A stretch of 64,000 nt of DNA from a virus (taxonomy: Duplodnaviria; Heunggongvirae; Uroviricota; Caudoviricetes): the IMG/VR virus record IMGVR_UViG_3300047557_002576; one strand, given 5' to 3'. The notes under the pieces were generated by a model. That model ran no database searches. It was not told where the DNA came from and saw only the letters and a list, made by a program, of their open reading frames with translations. Both the position numbers and the translations under genes were made by a program. The stretch's first letter is position 1; each line of letters starts with the position of its first letter. Below are positions 55,907-64,000 of this stretch, in pieces.

Positions 55907-56029
55907 TTTAAAGAATGCAAATAGTCAATAAGATTTATCTTCAACTCCTCAAGTTCCTTTTCACATTCAAGTTGTTTTGCAATAACCCGTATTTCGTGAT
56001 GATTAGTATGCAAATCTTCTAACATGAGA

Positions 56030-56218
56030 TCAATTGCTTGGAGTTCTTTTTGGGTCATGAGGTTTAATGATTAGAGGACATGAGGGAACAATATTCTTTA
56101 ATTCTAAAATAATCTCAGTCTTTTGTTGTGAAGATAGTAAACTATTATTAACTAATCTATTTGCAATTCCTAGCAACTGATGACAAGATATAACTGTAGT
56201 AAGAAATATTGGTTCCAT
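56030..56218 (-). CDS. hypothetical protein
   Basis: 62 aa. Confidence 0.35.
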   Translation of the reverse strand: MEPIFLTTVISCHQLLGIANRLVNNSLLSSQQKTEIILELKNIVPSCPLIIKPHDPKRTPSN

Positions 56219-56241
56219 AGGAGTTCCTATGATTTGAATAT

Positions 56242-56454
56242 TTATTTGCCAAATCCTTTTCCCTTAACTTTTTGTTTATCTTTAACAATTATAAGATCCA
56301 AAAAATCTGGAATTTGACAGTGCTGTAACCAATAAACTTGAGCGTCGTCCCAGTTGTCGAAAACAACATTTTTTTGATTTTTCAATACAATCTCATAGTT
56401 ATGCCTATCATAAGGGACATTGGATGTACAAGAAAAATTATTCAATACCATCAA
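56242..56454 (-). CDS. hypothetical protein
   Basis: 70 aa. Confidence 0.4.
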   Translation of the reverse strand: MMVLNNFSCTSNVPYDRHNYEIVLKNQKNVVFDNWDDAQVYWLQHCQIPDFLDLIIVKDKQKVKGKGFGK

Positions 56455-56641
56455 ACTTCCTCATAAAACGAACACATTGCTTAAACTTCTCCCACTCTGC
56501 ATCAGAAAAGTTATCGGATGCGTAGGGAATTCCAACAATTTTAGCACACACCCGATTTACATTAACGTAGATCATCATACTTTCAGCATGAACTGGAGTG
56601 TTGAAAAGTAGAACAGAACATGCGATGAGTGCTTTTTTCAT
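56438..56641 (-). CDS. small secreted protein
   Basis: Signal peptide MKKALIACSVLLFNTPVHA. Confidence 0.4.
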   Translation of the reverse strand: MKKALIACSVLLFNTPVHAESMMIYVNVNRVCAKIVGIPYASDNFSDAEWEKFKQCVRFMRKFDGIE

Positions 56642-56871
56642 TTTAGAAAATTTTCAACAGAAGAATTTGTTTTGTTTTTGGTTACTTTGAGTTGTTTTGA
56701 AATATAAGATTTAGCGGTTTTGTAATTATTTGCAGTATGGACTTGATATCCATTGTGAATAATTACAAACTTATTTCCAAAAGGAACTGCCGCCCACATT
56801 CCATCTTTAGTTACATACCCATTGGGATCTGATGGTTTAGGATTTAATAGACTTTCATTTTGAATGTTCAT
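56638..56871 (-). CDS. hypothetical protein
   Basis: 77 aa. Confidence 0.4.
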   Translation of the reverse strand: MNIQNESLLNPKPSDPNGYVTKDGMWAAVPFGNKFVIIHNGYQVHTANNYKTAKSYISKQLKVTKNKTNSSVENFLK

Positions 56872-57659
56872 TTTAGATTACCACTTTCTTTCATTTTAGC
56901 GTATTTTTCTTTTGCTTCCTCTAAGGAAATATCATATTCATTGTCGCAATGAATTTTTAAGTCAATGATTGAATTTCTTGCATCAAGAATTGTTTTAACG
57001 TAGACACAAGTTTGAAATCCGCTTCCGTTACCAGGAATTCTTTTTAGTTTCCACTGCTTTTTTGAATTGAGGTATGCAATATTATTAACCCACATCAAAT
57101 TTAGATCTTCATATTTCTCTTGCTCAGAAATAAACATCCTCACACTGTACTCATTATCATCACGCCTATGAAGAACTAGAACATCCTGCATTCTATCAAG
57201 ATTAAATTTATTGAAACTTTCTTCTCGTTTTTTAACCAGAGTATTAATTACACCCTTACCTATGTCTAAACCTTCATCCAGTGGGCAGCGACACTGAACA
57301 AAATCACACGTTTGTAAGTGACCTTTATTAAGTTTTTTATTAAGAGTTTTTACATTAAGACCATCACGATTCACATATCCGTCTGCCATGAATGTGTCTC
57401 CTGGAATATGAGTCCCACCGAAGGACTTACAAATAATCTTTTCCCAGGTCTTTGGTTTAATAGTACCCTCCATAGTACCGTAAATCCATACAAGGGATTC
57501 GAATCCTTCAGCATCAAAATTCATATGATCAATAAACAATTGTAGAGGACATGACTCGGGCATTTGGATATTGAGAAAGAGCAACCCGAATTGCTTCTTC
57601 CCGATTGCGAGCATAACATTCAACATAGAATGTTTGTCCACTGACCATGCACATGACAC
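56868..57659 (-). CDS. hypothetical protein (263 aa), coupled downstream of the helicase
   Basis: No motif recognised. Confidence 0.5.
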   Translation of the reverse strand: MSCAWSVDKHSMLNVMLAIGKKQFGLLFLNIQMPESCPLQLFIDHMNFDAEGFESLVWIYGTMEGTIKPKTWEKIICKSFGGTHIPGDTFMADGYVNRDGLNVKTLNKKLNKGHLQTCDFVQCRCPLDEGLDIGKGVINTLVKKREESFNKFNLDRMQDVLVLHRRDDNEYSVRMFISEQEKYEDLNLMWVNNIAYLNSKKQWKLKRIPGNGSGFQTCVYVKTILDARNSIIDLKIHCDNEYDISLEEAKEKYAKMKESGNLK

Positions 57660-57680
57660 GATGCTTCATGATAAATTACC

Positions 57681-58910
57681 TCACTTTTTGATGGTGGAAA
57701 TTGCAGGTTCGCCTTGAACAAAGATTGTCTCAGCGACACTCTGCAGTCGTTTAGCAGTTGTGATTCCAGTGTTACTATACACTGGAACGTGAATGAAACC
57801 GTAGGACTTCACATAATCTTCCACTTTACCAGGAGTCAGGGTGCCCTCTGAGAGACGCTTAGAATCCTCTGGATGGAGTCGAATCACCCGACCGATGGTC
57901 TGTGCCATTGAGATGTAATCCATGTTCCTCATGAGGACGCAGGAGGTCAACCCAGGGCAGTTAATACCCTCAGACAGAATGCTGTAGTGAAGAATAATGA
58001 ACTTTTTGTCAGGATCTTTACCCCATGCAGTCAGAGTGTCAAAGAACACATCACGGGAAACTTTCTGATTGTTGATGAATGCACCATACTTTGAAGTCAC
58101 CCACAGAACATCATAACCCCAAGACTGAACTTCAGACATGAAGTCAGTCTCTGCAAGCATCCGAATCAGAACTTTAGTATTGGGTGCTGCTACCAGGACT
58201 TTCTGCATGTTGTCCTCATTGAGAATCGTATCCAGAAGAGTCATGCAGTCACGTTCTGCAGCATACTCCTTGTGTCGAATCGAATCAATAGAAGACACCT
58301 TGATCTGAGGAGGAACGATAAAACCACCATCTACAAGTTCAGGAGCAGGAACGTTGCAAATCACTTGACCATACACTGATCCATCATTCATACCAGGTTT
58401 AGAAACCGTAGCGGAGTGCTTTGGAGTTGCAGTAAAGAAATAGGCACGCTTAGCAGCATCTGAGAAATGCTTAGTTGCAGGAAAGAAACTCTTCTTTACA
58501 GAATTGTGTGCTTCATCAAAATAGATGGTATCAATCCAAATATCAGACTGTTGAAATCGTTGCAGTGAGTTGTAAGTTGTAAAGATCAGTTTGTGACCTT
58601 TGTTGTGATAGTTCCAAGCAAAGATCTTACTAGGATTAGTGGTGCTGTAATGAGAAGTCTCACCACTGTGAACATGAAGAACAGAAGCATTTGTAATGTG
58701 CTCCAGAAACTCAGCAGACAGTTGCTCAGCAAGCATGATGCGTGGAGCAACTACTACAATGGTTTGAGACTCTTCTTTCTGAAACTCACGAATTGCATCT
58801 GCAATCATGGTAAGAGTCTTACCTGAACCAGTCGGCATGATAACCTGACCCTTCAGATAGGTATCCAGTGCCTTCAGAGCACGGTCTTGATGAGGACGGA
58901 GAGTGATCAT
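57681..58910 (-). CDS. SF2 DEAD/DEAH-box helicase (UvsW-like?)
   Basis: LRPHQ (Q motif), MPTGSGKT (Walker A), FDEAHN (II), TATP (III), QTIGRVIR (VI). Confidence 0.7.
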   Translation of the reverse strand: MITLRPHQDRALKALDTYLKGQVIMPTGSGKTLTMIADAIREFQKEESQTIVVVAPRIMLAEQLSAEFLEHITNASVLHVHSGETSHYSTTNPSKIFAWNYHNKGHKLIFTTYNSLQRFQQSDIWIDTIYFDEAHNSVKKSFFPATKHFSDAAKRAYFFTATPKHSATVSKPGMNDGSVYGQVICNVPAPELVDGGFIVPPQIKVSSIDSIRHKEYAAERDCMTLLDTILNEDNMQKVLVAAPNTKVLIRMLAETDFMSEVQSWGYDVLWVTSKYGAFINNQKVSRDVFFDTLTAWGKDPDKKFIILHYSILSEGINCPGLTSCVLMRNMDYISMAQTIGRVIRLHPEDSKRLSEGTLTPGKVEDYVKSYGFIHVPVYSNTGITTAKRLQSVAETIFVQGEPAISTIKK

Positions 58911-58944
58911 GGGGGGTCGTGTGTATGCAGATATTATACAGCGA

Positions 58945-58995
58945 AAAACCGCCCCTGAAGAGTCTCAGTGGACGGTTTCGAAAGTGTCTTTAAAG
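58945..58995 (-). promoter_or_regulatory. PeSL-like box variant (GACACTTTCGAAACCGTCCACTGAGAC) in the divergent intergenic region
   Basis: Family member upstream of the helicase. Confidence 0.35.
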
Positions 58996-59102
58996 TATCT
59001 TTAAGTTACTTAATCCTTATCTTCAATGGAGACAAACCTAGTCTAGCAGTATTATGGGTATTGTGTCAAGTCATTATCTAAATAATACAAAAAAGTCTTA
59101 GA

Positions 59103-61262
59103 ATGGCAATTCAAAAATACTCAAGAATAGGCATTAGAAGAGATAATAACTTTGGAGATTTATCTAATACTAATACTGCACTGAATAACCTTCTTGCTAA
59201 ACTGGTTGCACAATCATCTGATACTTTTTATAGTGAAGACTTAGATGCGATTAGAGGAATATCATCATTTGGACTTACAAATGAACAATATCAAAAGATA
59301 ATTGGAAGTGCCGCACTAGTCACACAAAAAAATGGAACAACACAAGCATTTAAACCAAAGATTACATATCAAAATAGAATAGATAAATTTAAATTATTTT
59401 CTGGGGAACCAAGAATTAATGGCGGAGACGGTTTAACAGCAAGATATTTCAATCCTACCGATGTCTATGAAAATACGGTAGGAATTTTTTCTGGATCTCC
59501 TTTTAAGGTTGATAATTTCTGGGAAAGAGGAATATTCACATATTCTGGAAAAATCACTCCAGAATCAATCAATGCAAATGGTGGTGTAGAATGGGAAGGA
59601 TACTTCATACCAATCCGATCTGGCGAACTTACTTTCATTATAGATTCTAGTGCTTGTTTCACATTTGATTTTCAAACACAGGGTTATACCACTGGAATAG
59701 GAACTTATACTGAAATATCTAGAATTGGTATAGCATCAACCTTTTCTGGATCTGGTACAATTAATACAAATTCAATTACTCTGGCATCTCCAACAAATAC
59801 AAACTATGTTGCAATAGGTCAAAGTGTTTCAGCGTCTTCAATTGTTGTTGGAACAAGAGTTGCGAGTTATAATAGACAAACTGGTGAAGTTGGACTCACT
59901 CCGCCAGATGGAACTGATTTTGCAGTTTCATCAACATTCAGTGGAAATATTACATTTTCAAAAGAGATAGGGCAAAATACAAGAATAACTCACACTACTT
60001 ACACTTTAACCGAACGAGAAAAATATAGAATTAGATTTAGATATTTTATTCCTCAAAATATTGATGCGTTTGATAAAGAAAGGTATATTTTCTTTGATAT
60101 TTCTGGTCCAGCATATGCAGATTATGGATTAAGATATGTTAATCTTTATGCATTAGACTATGATTTTTCTGAAAATGCAAAGGGAGAATTCAATAGATTC
60201 TTAGATAATTCTATTAGTTATGGTGGAGGTCTGATAGGAAGCACTACAGATGCTAATCAATATGTAAAAGTCAATACAACAAAAAATATTGATATTAGAT
60301 ATCAACCAAAAACATCTATTGCAAATGTTGTAAAATCTACAGTATCTGGGACGGTGTTTTCTGGAATCAATGTAATGGAAATATCAGATACCTCAAATAT
60401 TGAGATTGGAAACTATGTATTTGGCACTGGAGTTCCTGAAGGAACTAAAGTAGAACAAATTGTCCCAAATGTTTTTATTCTGTTAAGTCAAAACGCAACT
60501 TCTTCAACAACTACATCATATACGTTTGTAGAGCATCGTGGGTTTGTAAAAAGAGTTGCAGGTAGCATAAGTTCTGGAACAGTCAATGTTACCTCTGGTA
60601 ATACAAACTCATTGACAAAAGACATGATTGTGATTGCAACAGGTCTTCAAGCATATACAAAAATTAATACAATCATATCATCAACTTCATTTACTATTTC
60701 TCCAAGTCAATCTATAGGATCAACAAATTTATATTTCTATCATTCAAGGGGTTTAATTAATAACGGACTATCGGCATTTTGTGGAATTTCTCAAAGTCGC
60801 TGCATGTTAGTATCTACTAACACTGCAACTGGATCAACTGTAATTCCTGTCACTAACGCATCAGATGCCACCACAAATTGGACAGTTCAAGGATTTTCAT
60901 TTAGTCCAGGAACAATCATCACTTCTATTGATGTTGCTGGTGGTACAATTACGATTAGTTTACCTACAACCAGACCAATAACTTCTGGTTCTAACTTTAC
61001 CATTGCAGATCCAACTAGTGGCAATAAACAACTATGCTGCCCACCAACAGATACATCTCCACCATTTAATCCAACAGCAAATGGACTTGAAACTGTTTCA
61101 GATGCTCCAAATTTAAGAATTGACTCTGGAAACCTTGTTTTCGGATCTTTAAGAGCAAATATACCTTCAGAAAATATTACAACTGCAACTACATCCGATA
61201 CGTCACGGAGTAGATTAGTATTACAAACCCCAATAGGAACTTACAGAATTTTATGTGCGTAA
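59103..61262 (+). CDS. tail fibre-like structural protein (719 aa)
   Basis: S/T/G/N-rich. Upstream CTAAATAATAC is a possible late promoter. Confidence 0.55.
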   Translation: MAIQKYSRIGIRRDNNFGDLSNTNTALNNLLAKLVAQSSDTFYSEDLDAIRGISSFGLTNEQYQKIIGSAALVTQKNGTTQAFKPKITYQNRIDKFKLFSGEPRINGGDGLTARYFNPTDVYENTVGIFSGSPFKVDNFWERGIFTYSGKITPESINANGGVEWEGYFIPIRSGELTFIIDSSACFTFDFQTQGYTTGIGTYTEISRIGIASTFSGSGTINTNSITLASPTNTNYVAIGQSVSASSIVVGTRVASYNRQTGEVGLTPPDGTDFAVSSTFSGNITFSKEIGQNTRITHTTYTLTEREKYRIRFRYFIPQNIDAFDKERYIFFDISGPAYADYGLRYVNLYALDYDFSENAKGEFNRFLDNSISYGGGLIGSTTDANQYVKVNTTKNIDIRYQPKTSIANVVKSTVSGTVFSGINVMEISDTSNIEIGNYVFGTGVPEGTKVEQIVPNVFILLSQNATSSTTTSYTFVEHRGFVKRVAGSISSGTVNVTSGNTNSLTKDMIVIATGLQAYTKINTIISSTSFTISPSQSIGSTNLYFYHSRGLINNGLSAFCGISQSRCMLVSTNTATGSTVIPVTNASDATTNWTVQGFSFSPGTIITSIDVAGGTITISLPTTRPITSGSNFTIADPTSGNKQLCCPPTDTSPPFNPTANGLETVSDAPNLRIDSGNLVFGSLRANIPSENITTATTSDTSRSRLVLQTPIGTYRILCA

Positions 61263-62162
61263 AAGGATGAAGTAAATTTCACCATTAATAGTTACTGGAA
61301 TTTTATGAGTAAATGTGGTAACATTTACGTTTGTTCCGGATTCGGTGCTTATTCCAGTTATAGTAATTGCATTATCAAAATACAATTCTCCAACAGTAAC
61401 TGAACTACTTGATGTGCTCAACGCTGTTCCAACTTTTTGCCAAGGACTATCATCAGAAGAAAATGCACGAGTTGTTCCAATAAAAAGACCTGGAGAAATG
61501 TTAGTTGCTAAATTGGCGGAAGTATTATTGTATGATGTAGGATCGCTGACTGTGACAACACCGTCAATAATTACATCTTTACTTACTATTGTATCTCCAA
61601 CTTTTTTATACTTTTTCTTAATATCATTTGATACGGAATCTATGATTTCTTGAATTGCATCAGATGTGGAATTAATATTAGAACTTCTATATCCAAAATT
61701 TGGATCAGATACTTCTGGTTGAATATAATTTACAATATTTTCTAGATATACCGGATCTTTTCGAACAAAACTAAAATTGGTTGGCGATACTATAGTTACA
61801 TTAATTGTACTCAATCCAACATTTGATGGTGTATTTGATAATTTAAATTTTGTTTGAGCGTCTGAATTGCACACATAATAATCTTGACCAGCAACTAAAG
61901 TTAACGTACCAACATTTACATTTGTACTTACAGTTACAATGTCATCATTAGTAAATACAAAATCGTTATTTTCTCCAAAAAAGAAAAATCCATCAGATAA
62001 TGAATTATATGATATTGTTGATATATTTCTTAGGTTATTTCTAATAATTAATAAATCATCTGCAATTCCACTTCCACCAAGAACATTGATTGCAACAAAT
62101 GCATTTTCAGTTTCTTGAAGATTAAAGTCTCTTAAAAATCCTTGGTTTTGTCTTACTGCCAT
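61251..62162 (-). CDS. structural protein, tail fibre-like (303 aa)
   Basis: S/T/N-rich; convergent with the plus gene, 12-nt overlap. Confidence 0.5.
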   Translation of the reverse strand: MAVRQNQGFLRDFNLQETENAFVAINVLGGSGIADDLLIIRNNLRNISTISYNSLSDGFFFFGENNDFVFTNDDIVTVSTNVNVGTLTLVAGQDYYVCNSDAQTKFKLSNTPSNVGLSTINVTIVSPTNFSFVRKDPVYLENIVNYIQPEVSDPNFGYRSSNINSTSDAIQEIIDSVSNDIKKKYKKVGDTIVSKDVIIDGVVTVSDPTSYNNTSANLATNISPGLFIGTTRAFSSDDSPWQKVGTALSTSSSSVTVGELYFDNAITITGISTESGTNVNVTTFTHKIPVTINGEIYFILLRT

Positions 62163-62163
62163 T

Positions 62164-63969
62164 TTATTCGTATACGATTGTCCAACCTTTTGATCTTAAA
62201 AAATTTATTTGAATCAACGCATTTCCTGTCGGTAGTGCATTTCCTCTTAGATTAATAGTGACTCTTCCACGCTTTACAGTATCATAATTAATGAAAAGAT
62301 CATTTACTATTGTATTTACCGCTTGCTCAGAAAGTAAATTATTTGCAACATCAAAGTATCTAAGAAAATATAAGGTAGTTAATGATCCTGCGGTGTAATT
62401 TGTAAACCTATTGCTAAAAAGACTTAAAAATGATATCCTAGGGCACTCACTAAAATCTGGTATATCTCCAGACAATAAATTATTATTTACATAAAAATTT
62501 TGTAGTTGCGGAAGATTTTTAGGACTTGGTAATTGTGTAAATTGATTATTATTAAGATATATAGAATTCAACCTTAAAAGATTTCTATATTGAGGTATTG
62601 CACCAGTTAGTGAATTGTAACTTAAGTCCACAATAGTTATTTGTGGATTGGATACAAATGTTGGCGTATTGGAATTGAAATTGTTATTGCTTAAGTAAAG
62701 ACTGACTAATTTTGAACAATTTGCAAAATTAGGAATTGCCCCTCCAGTTCTTCTACTTGATGAATATCGTATTGTTGCTATTTCTGGAGTATAATCGAAC
62801 ACATTTGGATGAATTGGAGATGATAGCAACAGAGAAGGGGAAGTTAGTAGAAATGCTGTTAATTTGGGGCAGAATTCAAAAGTTCTTTCCGGAATTACGA
62901 AAGATGTATCGCCATCAATTGATCCACCAATCAATCTAGTTCCTTCAAAATTAATAGTTCTTAAATTTGAATTTCTAAATTGGGGAATTCTTCCTGATAA
63001 AGAGGAGGATGGAAAAGATAATGATGTTAATGAATTACACTCGTTAAATTTGTAATTGTTACTTGTTGTTGTTAAAAATCCAATATTTCTACAATCTGTT
63101 GCTGTAAAAGAAATAAGAGATTGCTTTCCAGATAAATCTGGGCAAGGTAAATTTGTATTTGAAATATTGATAGATTGTATTACATTGTTTCCTGATGAAA
63201 TTGAAAAATTAGCGTCAGATAAATTTCTATTTCCAGCAAGATTTAATGAAACTAAATTATCCAATTCTTTTATATTTTTGGAAGTTCCACTTGATGGTCC
63301 TATGACTCTAAAGTCATTGGAAGCGACTTCATAAGTTGTGCAAGTTTCTGGAACGTTTGGAATTGTACCTATACCCAAATTATCTGGATGTAAAAATGGA
63401 CCACCACTTCTAGATAAATTTAGTATTGTTAAATTTGGTAAACGTTCTGCTATTGAATTTATACCTACTGATCCAAAGAAACATCCACCTAAAAATAATT
63501 GCTTGACAGATGTAGGTATTTTTGATAAAATAGCATCAAGTCTTCTTTCACTCTGAGTATCTGATAAATTGAATGGATTCTGACTAAAATTAACAAGTTC
63601 TAATTTTCCTGAGTTATCTGAAAATGTATTTAAATCTGGAAAATTTCTGAAATTATTTGATGCTAAATTAATCCCTACTAAATTTGATAACTTTATTTCT
63701 GGTAACGTAGAAATATTTGCACTATTAATTGTAATTGTTTGGATATTATTTGGGTTATAATAAAATTGTATGTTTCGCTCTCTTGCTACGGGAGAATTGA
63801 AAACAATAGTTGAGTTTAATCCACTGGTAGTAAATGTAGAAAACCCAAGTGGATTTGCAGTTTCTACAATTTTCCAACTTGGTCTTATTGTTCCTATTAA
63901 TGAAGTTAATGTAACTGCTGGTCTTAAAGTTCTAAAATTACCAGTAAAAGTCAATGGAATTCCCTTCAT
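62164..63969 (-). CDS. leucine-rich repeat (LRR) protein, plant-type LxxLxLxxNxLSGxIP repeats; the frame stays open to the window end
   Basis: LSYNSLTGAIPQYRNL, YVNNNLLSGDIPDFSEC, LYLSNNNFNSNTP, INLASNNFRNFPDL. No stop between 63969 and 64000 in this frame, so the true start may lie upstream. Confidence 0.6.
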   Translation of the reverse strand: MKGIPLTFTGNFRTLRPAVTLTSLIGTIRPSWKIVETANPLGFSTFTTSGLNSTIVFNSPVARERNIQFYYNPNNIQTITINSANISTLPEIKLSNLVGINLASNNFRNFPDLNTFSDNSGKLELVNFSQNPFNLSDTQSERRLDAILSKIPTSVKQLFLGGCFFGSVGINSIAERLPNLTILNLSRSGGPFLHPDNLGIGTIPNVPETCTTYEVASNDFRVIGPSSGTSKNIKELDNLVSLNLAGNRNLSDANFSISSGNNVIQSINISNTNLPCPDLSGKQSLISFTATDCRNIGFLTTTSNNYKFNECNSLTSLSFPSSSLSGRIPQFRNSNLRTINFEGTRLIGGSIDGDTSFVIPERTFEFCPKLTAFLLTSPSLLLSSPIHPNVFDYTPEIATIRYSSSRRTGGAIPNFANCSKLVSLYLSNNNFNSNTPTFVSNPQITIVDLSYNSLTGAIPQYRNLLRLNSIYLNNNQFTQLPSPKNLPQLQNFYVNNNLLSGDIPDFSECPRISFLSLFSNRFTNYTAGSLTTLYFLRYFDVANNLLSEQAVNTIVNDLFINYDTVKRGRVTINLRGNALPTGNALIQINFLRSKGWTIVYE

Positions 63970-64000
63970 GGCATAAAGAGAAACAGTTCTACCTCCAATA

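Noticed and set aside
57470-57520. GGGATTCGAATCC tRNA T-loop-like string
   Set aside because: It lies inside the 56868..57659 coding frame. No acceptor, D or anticodon arms can be built around it. No other tRNA-like structures were found in the short intergenic gaps.
59465-59662. Antisense ORFs inside structural genes (59465..59662, 61315..61653, 62736..63556 set)
   Set aside because: They are embedded opposite long, compositionally typical structural ORFs, and all are short.

Overview
The window looks like a segment of a T4-like myovirus with low GC (about one third G+C), most probably a cyanophage. Support for that: a gp25 baseplate wedge gene with the NYEPR motif, a gp6-like gene, and TATAAATA late promoters. 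The auxiliary genes point the same way: a pyruvoyl-type speD and a PebA/PebS-type bilin reductase. Almost every gene is on the minus strand.

Layout:
- 1-7662: baseplate structural module. It holds a more than 1770-aa ORF that runs off the left edge, a gp6-like gene and gp25.
- 7.7-10.3 kb: speD, an ATP-grasp-like ORF, a glycosyltransferase and small ORFs.
- 10.3-18.6 kb: an island with visibly higher GC, carrying small acidic genes, repeat arrays and palindromic iterons.
- 18.6-58.9 kb: a hyperplastic block of tightly packed, often translationally coupled small genes. Interleaved are GIY-YIG/Seg-like homing endonucleases (4 intact Seg-like paralogs, one decayed copy, 3 other GIY-YIG), an internal-protein-like module, an SPFH/pilin-like operon, a bilin reductase, a Toprim protein, a dCMP deaminase and an SF2 helicase.
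- 59.1-64 kb: tail-fibre-like structural genes plus a large leucine-rich-repeat protein.

The main hunt results:
- A promoter/stem-loop cassette (PeSL-like) in about 27 copies.
- Two-gene modules for packaged internal proteins that carry T4 capsid-targeting-like N-termini, one of them on a HiPIP-like ORF.
- A type IV pilin-like gene in an operon with a prohibitin gene.
- Clusters of a 13-bp palindrome (ATCTCGNCGAGAT) together with an origin-like repeat locus in the GC island.
- Seg-like endonuclease paralogs that each carry a hairpin plus TATAAATA module.
- A plant-type LRR protein among the tail-fibre genes.

Many further ORFs shorter than 60 aa exist between the listed genes; only those with coupling or motif support are listed.
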